Source: Pseudovirgaria hyperparasitica (lineage: Eukaryota). From it: a stretch of DNA of 64,000 nucleotides. Below, piece by piece: positions 1-10,787 of the stretch. A program made the position numbers and the translations under genes. The notes beneath the pieces were generated by a model that was not told the origin of the DNA, did no database searches, and saw nothing but the letters and a program-made list of their open reading frames with translations. The stretch lies in NCBI GenBank assembly GCA_010093815.1, contig ML996568.1; one strand, written 5' to 3'. Numbering within the stretch: position 1 is the stretch's first letter; the number at the start of each line of letters is the position of its first letter.

Positions 1-486
1 GTTGTTTGTATTGTGCCAAAACACGAGAACAAAATGTTGGAAGAACAAGATTTGATTGCGGAGATAGGCTTTTATCTGCAGCTCATCCATGCATATATCT
101 AATCATCCATGCTGCTTTCGTGCCATCCATGCTTCTCTCCCCCCCGGAAGAGCAGGCCGAATCTCTGGTGTCGCTGTATTAGCGCGGCGCCGCCCTGAAG
201 CAGTCTCGAGCCAGCATGGATCTTTTCTCGTCACGGCCTCTGCCGCTCAGTAATTAACAGTAATCATTCAATAATCCCCATTCCTCAATAATCCGCTTTG
301 TCTCACTCCAATATTCTTCACTCTTTCTATCGTGAAAAATCCATTCACTGGATTCGATGCGTTGATTGAACTCTGAGCTTACCAGCTCTTCGCCATTCCG
401 TCATCGCTCCCTGATCTTTTGTTGTCTTACCGTCCGACGAGCCCTCTTTTCTTTGACCTGATCCTGCGTAAACGTCCCCAACAACC

Positions 487-2975
487 ATGGCCGATGGGGA
501 TCGCGTTCATCGTGTCATTGGTCCACATACAACCACGACAACGACCACGACCACCACCTCCATTCCTCTCAATAACAATAATACCAACTCTCGCGCTGTA
601 AACCGGACCGGCAATTCACAAACAGACCTCTCAACCTCCACTTCTACCGAAGCATTTCCGTCTCTCACTCCACAACCTTCTGCCACTCCAGCTCCTCAAC
701 CACTGCGCGATCCTCTTCCTGCACCTCGACATGCTCGTCGTCATCTGCTGCGACGCGCCCCGAGTATTGGCATTCGCAGACTTGACCAGCCTGCTGTAAA
801 TATTCAGGACTATGCACAGCTTGATGGCGTCCAAGAGACCGATTATGGCAGGCGAAGAAGCAGCTCAGAGCCACAGAGGCCACAACACTTGACAATTCCA
901 CAACCTGCGCTTGCAAGACAGCGGACTGTGGAGAATGGCCCTCGTATGCCTACGGTAGCAGAAGGTGCGTCCTTGGGACAGACGGACACGAATACGCAAT
1001 ACGCTGCAGTCAACCAAGGTGTCTCCGGAAATGGACCTAGTGTTACTATTGAGGATACAGATATAGGGAGGAGTAGATCCAATACGGCGGGGAATGGTGG
1101 CCGATCGTTCTTCGGATTCAGGCGCGGAGCTAAAAAGGAGAAGGCTGCCACGGACGAGGACGATCGTTACGAACACGACGTTGTCGACATGCTCGATGTC
1201 ATTGGTACGCAGAAAGTGATGCGGTAACCACATAGTACTAACAACTCGTAGATCCTGAAGTTTCGACCTTATCAACTCTCACAAATGTTCAGAACTCTCT
1301 CTTTGTACCTGATCTCGGACGTTTAGTCAACAGGCGACCCACGTATACACTTAGACGACGAGCAACAGCCGCAACAGATCCAGAAACAGACACTGATGAC
1401 GACCGAAAACCGGTCAGGCCGGACTACGCGGACACTCTTGGCCGCACTGTTTCACGTATCATGTATCCGAACGAGCAAGATCAGCAAGAAGATCAGACCA
1501 CTCTTGGACCAAACTTGACACGAACACACACGTCAGCATCAATATCTTCCCAACTCACCGACTCCCACTATGCCGTCTTACCACATGGTGTCGATCTTGA
1601 AGGATGGAGTCAAGATGACAAGGATCAGCTCAATGATCGCGTGAGGCACATGCTTCATTCCCGTAGATCAAAGTTCAAACGATCCATGAAAGGTTTTGGG
1701 CAATACGTCCGAAGACGTGAGTATGTACTCCACTGGTGTAGAGCTTTACTAATGCACATTGTAGCTTTGGGATTTCTGGTCACTTTGTACGCAACACTTA
1801 TTACTCTATTTGGTCTAGCGTGGGTTCTGTTCTTGATTGGCTGGATCTATGTTCCGGACAATCAAGTCTATGTTGTCCATATCATCGACAGCGTTCTTGT
1901 AGCTCTTTTTGCTATCATGGGAGATGGGCTGGCACCCTTCCGCGCCGTCGACACGTACCATATGATCTTCATCGCTCACTATCATCATCTGACCTGGAAA
2001 CTGCGACAAAAGAAGAAACTACCGGATCTCCAGGACCACAACGATCTTCCCAGTCAAAGAGTCGATAATGTAGATCTCGAGAAGGTCGATGAAGACACCC
2101 CTGAATTCTCTGTCCTTAAACCTGAACAGCAGAAGAAGTTGGACCATCACGCGTACAAGTTTGCTCGCTCGCACACTTTTTACAAACCACATGAAACCGA
2201 TACTCATCACGCCTTTCCTTTGCGTCTTCTCATCGCCATTGTCGTTTTGCTCGATTGCCATTCCCTTTTACAAATCTCCCTTGGTGCTACGACTTGGGGC
2301 ATATACTATAAAGACCGACCCTTCGCCATCACCACGGTCATTCTCTGCTGCTCCATCACATGCAACGTCACCGCTGGTATTCTCATTTCTGTAGGAGACC
2401 ACCGTTCGCGTAAAAAGGATGTTGTCGAACGTATGTTCCGCCAAACTCTCACCGAGGAAGCCATGGCTAGGATGGCTCACAAGAAGAAGCGCGAGGAGAA
2501 AGAGGCGCGCGAGAGATTTGACCGCGAGCAACTCGAATATGAAGCCACTGAAGGCGCAGAGGCAGAGAGGCGTGCCGCCGTCGTGCGTGCACACGAGAAG
2601 CTGGCACAGGAGAAGAAAAAGAAGGAAGAAGAGGAAAAGGAAGAGGAGAAGAGGCATTGGGAGGAGCGCAAGGAAGAATTCAAAGACCGCTTCCGACCCA
2701 GCACAGATGATCACAAACGATCACGGGCCAGCATGGACGAAAGACGGACACGACCGAGCATGGACGAGAAGCGTTCCTCCAAGGCACTCGATCGGGGTGA
2801 ATCGTCTGTTCCTTCGAGCCCGACTACACCGGTGACGGCGAAGGTTAGACAGAGCTTGGATGAGAGGATAGGTGCGGACCAGGAGGGCAAATGGCAAGCG
2901 TCAAAGGAAAAGTACGGTGTCAGTCGGAAGAGCCTGGACGGGGCGAATAAGCTGTGGAAACCGGCTTCGAAGTAA
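487..2975 (+). CDS. Integral membrane protein, DUF2985-like; exons 487-1204, 1252-1716, 1765-2975
   Basis: Introns 1205-1251 (GTACGC..CTAAC..TAG) and 1717-1764 (GTGAGT..CTAAT..TAG) join the ORFs in frame (..DMLDVI-DPEVSTLSTLTNVQNSLFVP..; ..YVRR-PLGFLVTLYATL..). About 4 hydrophobic segments, disordered N-terminus, charged C-terminus. Family call is from memory. Confidence 0.8.
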
Positions 2976-3542
2976 GGTTTTGCGTCTCATGTTTCTTTGG
3001 GCGCTCATCATCAGCATAGCAAGCGTGTCTTTGGATCTAGAGCTAGATGATATCCCTTGTAATACAGTCCGTTTACTTCTCATCACTGTGTGTCTCGTAC
3101 GTTCCTGGTGTGATACGACTATGGCTGCTTGGTGTCTTCTATGGTACACATTCAACATAACTTTACAGTGATTGTAGCACCGTGAGTGTTTCGATATAAG
3201 CATCACACTGCATGCCACACCTCACTATAGGTATATGTATACATTGCTCTCATTCTTTTATCTTTCCTATATCATATATAATGAGAGAATATAGTGAGCA
3301 TTTCAGACTGATATGTAGATATATATCGAGAGTGAAGAAAGATTAGACTGTTATAAGATATGAATGGTATATACCTAACACGGTGTTTTTCTCCTGTAAT
3401 CGTCAAATTATAATTTAGTTATCTGTTCTTAGATATATATGATTCATACGCCGCATTATTATATACCGTCACACATTCAATTCCGCACCTACCCATCAAA
3501 ACCTCATAAAATACATCATCGAAACATCACCACATCACCACA

Positions 3543-4911
3543 TCAAGCCCGCTCCTCCTGCTCCTCCCGCTCTCCCACCGGCCTCACATCCCACGACCTC
3601 TGATATCCCTCCAACACTCCTTCCCCATGTCCACCACTTCCACCCCGCCCCTCACAATCCCCCTCCACAACAACCACCTCCGTCGTCCTCCTAATCGCCG
3701 TCCGCACCGGCTCCCCCACCACACCATCCCCGCTCACCCCCGACCCCCGCGCATGCAAAACCCACACCCGATACTTCCCCACCAACCCCTCACCACCACC
3801 AACCTCACCACCACCCCCAACCCCCCCCGACTCCGCATCGGAGCCATACCCGCGCGGGGCTCCAGGAAGTAGCGATGTGGGCGGCATATGCTTATTGTTA
3901 GACGAAGACACAGATGGCCGCAGCGCGGCACCGAAATACGCCCAGATGGCGCGGCAAAGCGACATGTTGGTCGCGACGATGCCGAGGTGGATCTCGGTGT
4001 TGGACCAGAGGGCTGTGACGCCGTAGGCGTAGGTTATGTCTGTTGGGGCGGTGGTGAGGGTTGAGGCGCGGACGGCGGCGCAGGATGTTGCGCTGTTGGG
4101 GTGTTTGGTTGGATTAGTTGGGTGGTGTGTAGAAAGGGGGGAGAAGGGGAGGGAGACGTACATTAGGCCCATGGCCATGAGGCCGCAGACGGCTGCTTTG
4201 GTGCGCAGGGGCATGTTGAGGTTGTGGAGGAGGTAGATGGGGAGGAGGGAGCAGACGAAGTCTGAGAAGACGGAGTATGCTGTTTGGGAGAAGGGGGGGT
4301 TTGGTTAGTTTTGGGGTTTGTATGGCTTTGTATGTATACGGTGTATAAACGGGAGGGGACGGACAAGCCTGCAGCCAAATCGAATTAATCCGCACCTTCG
4401 CCGGCCAACACGAGCCGGCGGCCGGTCGCCAGAACGTCGCGACAGGCGAGCATTCGGCCAGCAAGACGACGACGCAGAGCAGGTTTGTCAGAAACAGGCC
4501 TGCGATGAGGGGGTAGACGATGCATTTGAGCGTGCGCGTGCTCTTGATGCGCAGCAGGAGGATGCAGATGGACCATTTGAGCAGGCAGAGCGTGATGAAG
4601 AGGAGGACCTGGCCGTAGAAGCCGTACATGTTGACCTTTTCCTGCTGGCCGGTGGTGAGGTACCAGCGGTGCCGGCCGTAGCCGTATGTGGCGCCGGTGA
4701 TGTTGAGGGCGGAGCGGACGGTGGCGACGGTGACGGTGGCGAGGATCGTCCAGTCGTCCCAGCCTGTCACGCCGTTGCCGCGCCGGACGATGAGGCGGAG
4801 CGCGGTCGTGAGGAGGGAGAGGGTGTTGAGGATGGAGGTCCATGCTATGAGGGCGGGTCCGACGTTGTGGTCTGGTGGGAGTGGGTCTGGCGTGCTGGCG
4901 TCGAGGGTCAT
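3543..4911 (-). CDS. PTH11-like (fungal rhodopsin-domain) GPCR-like membrane protein, no CFEM; 2 introns (about 4280-4364 and 4095-4161)
   Basis: Family motifs GWDDW, GYGRH, K-S-C-LL.RI, C.P...FW....G.C, D..CSLLP and WSN.E..LGI. Splicing at GTCCGT..CTAAC..CAG and GTACGT..CTAAT..CAG restores one frame. Confidence 0.85.
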
Positions 4912-6427
4912 GGTGTTTGTGCTGCTGTGTTTTCTGTTCTTGATGCGGTTCGAGATGAGAGCCTAATAGCTCTCCTGTCTTTGCCAATGGTGCTCGTGGG
5001 AAGAGTCGCAGGGCACTTGGGAATGCGCTTCGGGTGCCAAAGAGCAGTGACGAGATCTAATGGACTGTCAATCCAAAGATAGTATGAGTTCCTGTAAACA
5101 ATGATTAGAGGATGGCTTGAAGGAGCCTAGGAATAGAAGGCGAGCAATGATACGTGCTGTCGCGTCCTTTGTATACATCTTGGGCCGTGATAGGATCCAT
5201 TGGATGTATTTTGACCGATTCCCTTCATGCATGACAGAATCCTATTCACATACCCTGAAGTCTCTCTTTGATATTCATTGGGACGTAGGAGGAGCGAGAG
5301 CCGCGTAGTCCATGGCCATGCTTTCGCTTCAAAGTCTTCCCATTCACAGCCAATCCTTACATCTCTTGCCTGCTTCCCCGGGACAGCGACCAGACGTTTG
5401 GCTTTACCAGAGTACCGGGTGGAATCACCACAACTTCAGACTTACCAGACGTGAGTTGACCTACCTGCTTTGGGATAAGGTCCGATCGCCATGTAAGCGA
5501 GCGAAGTCGCAATTCAGAAAGTTCTTGCAATCCATGGTGTGGGGAGCTTACAGGAACATGCTATAAGCGGTGCTGACTCGAAGATCCCGGGCGATAGTTG
5601 TCTCATCTATTGCGTACAGGGGATCAAACCTGCCATTGCCGGTCCCTTGACTCGTGCGAGTCTGGGACGGCTCGGGACGACTACGCAAGGCGATAGTCTA
5701 CCGAGATTTATACCGGTGAAACGCATACTGAGATGGAGAACCGATATCTTGGGTCAGGTGGCAGCAGGAAGGCCGATTATCAATGGTCTCTTCGTGATTC
5801 AGGCATGGGTTTTGTTCGGTGCGCCATGAGTAGGTCGCCCCATACAATACACACAAGCCTCGCAGAGAGACAGCGGGTACGTGCATGCAGGTATTGCTAC
5901 AATCTTAATTTGTACAAGGCTCGATAGGCATGATTCGTCTGCCGAAGTGAGAGGAGGATTCCGTGCAGAGAGAACAAGGGAACATCAGCATAAGGCTCTC
6001 GGAGCCGGCACTAGCTCCGGCACTAGCCCCGGAACGTCCCCCCTGCCAAGACCTCGTAATGGGTCGTCCGTCGTCGTCCGTTGTCGTCCGTCCTGTCGCT
6101 GCCCTTGTCCATCTGTCTGTCCGTCCGTTCAGTGTGTCTTCAGCCTCCACTGTTCGTCTTGCCCATCGCCAGCTGTGCATGATGCTGCCCCACTCAGTCT
6201 AATTTGTATGAATTTGCACGCACACCAGATGTGTCGGCAATTGAGAGCTTTCGAATCGCCTATGTCTGTGATGTTTTGATGGACAAGGCCCAAATACGCC
6301 CTCTTCCCCAGCGAAGAGGGTCGGCTGTGTCGAGCATTTCCTCTTTTCTGGTGTGATACAACGCCAGATCTTACACATCTGCAAGTTCTCAGACGCGCTG
6401 CGTGAGAACCATCCCAAACGGGTCAAT

Positions 6428-8429
6428 ATGCGTGCTTGCACTTCTGTCACGCTGCTGCTCTCTTTCATTGGTTCGCTCGTCGAGGCGACTACTTGCTCAC
6501 AAGGGGCTACAGACTATGATTTTGTATGTGATTACTTCCTCTTCTACATGTGCAGTTCGCACGATCAGAGTCACGTTTGGTCATCTAGGAGTTACCTAAC
6601 GCATTTACTAGATCATTGTCGGTGGGGGCACCGCAGGCCTTGCCGTTGCGTCTCGCTTGAATCAACGACTTCCCCATCAATGCACACTAATAATCGAAGC
6701 TGGACCTGATGCTGCCTCAGAACCCCGGATCAACATTCCCGGATATAGAGGCTCCACCATAGGCACTGTCTACGACTGGAACTTCACTGTAACCCCTCAA
6801 CCCGGACTGAATGACAGAGCCATCGCCCACCCGCGAGGAAAAGTGCTCGGTGGCAGTTCTGCTCTGAATCTTATGACATGGGACCGTGCAAGCGTCGCCG
6901 AATTCGATGCCTGGGAAGAGCTCGGAAACCCAGGGTGGAACTGGGAGTCGATGTACGCCGCGATGCTCGACGTCGAGACATTCAATCGCACGTTTCTGGG
7001 ACCCGGACGGTATGGCGACGAAGGGATGGGCGACTCAGGCCCGATTGACACTTTCATCAATGAGCAAGTGCCCATCCAGCAACAAGCCTGGATCCCAGCC
7101 ATGGAATCGCTTGGCATATCGCAGAATCTCGAGTCTCTGAATGGCAACCCCTTGGGCGTCATGTACCAGCCAAGCAACATCGACCGCTCAACATACACAC
7201 GCTCGTACAGCACATCCTACCTGCCTCTTGCCAACGCAAACCTGCACATCCTCACAAACACCACCGTCGCTAAAGTCCTCCTCTCCTCACCAGGCACATC
7301 CAACACACCTACCGCAACCGGTGTCCTCACAACCACCAATCTCACCTTCACAGCACGCAAAGAGATCATCCTCGCCGCCGGCTCCTTCAAATCCCCTCAC
7401 CTTCTCGAACTCTCCGGCATCGGCAACACGTCAATCCTCACATCCGCCGGCATCAAACCCATCGTCTCCCTCCCGGGCGTCGGCGAAAACCTCCAGGACC
7501 ACATCCGCATCCAGAACTCCTACGAGCTGAAGCCAAACTACACAGGCACCGACATACTGCGCTTCAACAGCACACGCGCCGCCGAAGAACTCACCAAGTA
7601 CTACGCCGGCGAACCAAGCCTATACCGCTACACCGGCAGCTCATACGCCTTCCTCACCTGGGAGGACGTGCTCTCCTCAAACTCCTCCTCCCCAACCTCC
7701 CCTGCAAACTTCACCTCCCTCACACCCGCAGACATCACCGACCTCGCTCGCTCCTCCACCGACCAATCCCCCGCCAGCCGCACCAAGCTCTCCTACCTCA
7801 CCGACCCGCATCTCCGCGCCTCCACCCCACAACTCGAGCTAATCTTCTCCGACGGCTACACCGGCGCCGTGCCCTACCCAGCGCCCAGCAGCGCAGACTA
7901 CGGCAAGCAATTCGTGACCATCATAGCAAGCATCATGCACCCCTTTGCGCGCGGCAGCGTGCACGTAAACACTACCAGCCCCTCATCCAGCACGCCGTCG
8001 TCGTCGTCGTCGTCCACACCAGCAAACCCGGTCATAAACCCGCAATACCTATCCAACGCATACGATCTCACGGCCGCGACGCTAGCGAGTCGGTATATGC
8101 GGTATATTGCGTCGACGGCGCCCATAGCGGCGGTCTGGCAGGCGGAGTTTTATCCGGGGAGTGGCGTGCAGACGGATGCGCAGTGGGAGACGTATGTGAG
8201 GCAGAATACGGGCACGATTTACCATCCCGTGGGGACGTGTGCGATGCTACCGAGGGGGGACGGAGGGGTTGTGGATAGTGAGTTGAGGGTGTATGGGGTG
8301 GAAGGGTTGAGGGTCGTGGATGCGAGTGTGATGCCGGTGCTGTTGAGTGCGCATGTGCAGACGGCGGTGTATGGGATTGCGGAGAGAGCGGCTGGGATTA
8401 TTGCTGCGAAGTGGAGTGGTGGGGATTGA
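6428..8429 (+). CDS. Secreted GMC oxidoreductase (AA3-type, FAD-dependent); exons 6428-6523, 6612-8429
   Basis: Signal peptide MRACTSVTLLLSFIGSLVEA. DYDF|IIVGGGTAG FAD motif across intron 6524-6611. RGKVLGGSSALN, GVGENLQDH, YHPVGTCAM and LRVVDASV motifs. Confidence 0.93.
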
Positions 8430-8635
8430 GTCTTTGGATGCGTGAGATGGATATGTGGTGATAATGGAATGGGGGTTGAGGTGGAAGGTCGTTCAGCGAG
8501 GTGACTTCGTATGGCGCAGCTTCATACTTATGGCTTGGTGTAGCGCTTCATGGCTGTCGTTGATTAATTTATATATACTTGTGATGCTAGGTTTGTTGGC
8601 TGTCTAAAATAGAGTTTGAACGAGTCGTGTGCTGT

Positions 8636-10053
8636 TTACATGATGACCTCGTTCGCGACATCCCTCTTGAGCTCTTTGTAAGGCAGACAAACACAGTTCT
8701 GCACTCTGACCTCATCCCCAACGGCACACTCTTTACCCAAGATAGTGACGCTCTGCACTTTGACACCGTTCTTCACGATACTGGTACTATGACTTGTGAC
8801 TGGCGTGGGCGTACCTTCTACCCGCGCCCAGCATCCGACTTTGCTACCCCAGCCAACGATTGAGTATAGCACACATGCATCGTGCTTAATCTCTGCATCC
8901 TCGAGCACGATAGAGTCCTTGATACGGACGCCGGCTCCAATGTTAGCACGCGGGCCGATAGAGACGTTAGGCCCGAGCTTTGCCGTAGGATCGACATTGG
9001 CAGTAGGGTGGATGAAAACAGGGGGCAGGATATTCGCCGATGGTGCAGCGAGCTCTTCGGAGCCATTCTGGAATGCCTTGGTAAGATACAGGGCATTTGC
9101 GGGGACGGCAGAGCCCGCAGTCTTGATTTGTCGCCAAAAGTCCTTGGTCTCCAGGACGAAGAACTGGCGACTGTCCGCTACGCTCGAAAGGATGTCTTGC
9201 TCGAGGCGGATCATCTGATCTTTCTCATCATCATCATCGCCTGGGTACATCGAGGACTCCAAGTTCTCGGATGATGGGTATGAGAGCAGCCTGGGTCGCT
9301 CGGTCCTGCGTTTGATGGCGGAGCGGATAGCGGGGAAGATGCATTCCGTTGAAAATAGATATACGCCACAATTGATCAGGTTCGAGATATGCGACTCTGG
9401 CTTCTCCACATAATGCAACACGCGCTTCGTTGGTGGGTCCGAGACAATGCATCCAAAGTTTGTTGCGGCTTCGTTGCTAACTCTTGTGCCCAGAATTACA
9501 GCCTCCGCATCTTTGTCTTCGTACAGTTTCAACATCTCTCCCAACGGGAATGAGCAACACACGTCCGCATTGAGCACAAAGAGTCGATCTGGCTGACCCT
9601 TCAAAATCTGATCACGAAAATGATATAGACCGCCGGCGGTCCCTAGGGCTTGGTATTCTCTCAAGTACTGTACGCGAATTTGTGGGAAGGATTTGGAGGA
9701 GTCCTTGATAAAATCGCGGAAGACAGACTCATCGTAGTAGCCGACAATGAAGACTTCTTTAATTTCGGGGACCTTCGCAACCGCGCGAAAGCAGTGTTCA
9801 ATGATAGGATGGCCGGCGACGTCGAAAAGCGGCTATGAATGGCATATGTTAGCGGTACGTCATTATCAATATCAACGTGGCAGGTCCTACTTTTGGTACG
9901 TCAAGTGAAAGTGGTCTGAACCGAGTGCCTCTAGACGGCCCGCCGACCTGTATTGTCAGCTCAATATACTCCTGCGTAAAGTAGGAGTTCTACCAAAATG
10001 ACAGCCTTAGTTGACTTCCCACCTTTGCCTCGGTGGGGTATGTTCAGGCTCAT
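8636..10053 (-). CDS. Mannose-1-phosphate guanylyltransferase, alpha (GMPPA)-type; introns about 9948-9993 and 9833-9890
   Basis: Spliced N-terminus MSLNIPHRGKGGKSTKAVIL|VGGPSRGTRFRPLSLDVPK|PLFDVAGHP. LGTAGGLYHFRDQI, YVEKP and a C-terminal hexapeptide beta-helix. GGPSRGTRFRP is the GMPPA-type variant. Confidence 0.92.
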
Positions 10054-10787
10054 TGCGACGAATGAAGTTGTGGAGAAACACTCAAAGGTTTAAGCAGCGT
10101 ATGGTGTCTACGTGATTAGCTGAGAGTGAATTCAGATTAAGGCTGAAGAAGGTCAAGCAAGCAGATGTACCTTACAGACAGTGTTTGCTGATTGTTACTG
10201 CCCAGGCGGTGTGACGCTGTCCGTGCCCGCAAAAAGCTACCTAGGTATCTAATCCTAGATTCTAGCCTAGCCTGTTTTGGCAAGCCGCTACGACGCAACG
10301 ACACTTCACTTCGACCACCGAGTTTAGGCTTATTTAGCACTTCACACATAGTTGGGATTTTGCCTCAGTTCGAAACACTATTTAGTCCGAATTACCCCAC
10401 ATCATTGAGTCAATATTGTGCGGTTCGTATAGAGTATGCATAGGACTACACAGCAGCCTATCACATACCCAATTATTTTGGCCACTATAGAATGCGAAAA
10501 AGGAGTTCCATAACATAGCGTTTTGGAGAGATAGCTTCACCTTCTCACGAGATACTATGTGACTGTTGCAGTATATGCCGTGATACCGGGCTTATCCGGT
10601 TCACTTGCTTATCATTCACTTTAAGTGAACAATGCCAGTCCTCTTGTCGCGATGCTAGGCAACTAATAATAGTATCCTGACCGTCTGACTCCAAAAAACA
10701 CTCATCTTCTTGACACCTTCGCCCGGTCAGCTTCTCTTTACCTCATTGAATACTGTCTCATCATCAATCCCCTCAGTACTTTTAAGT

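Noticed and set aside
4318..5082. 254-aa plus-strand ORF and the other long alternative frames over the PTH11 gene
   Set aside because: By-product of the extreme GC3 bias of the minus-strand gene.
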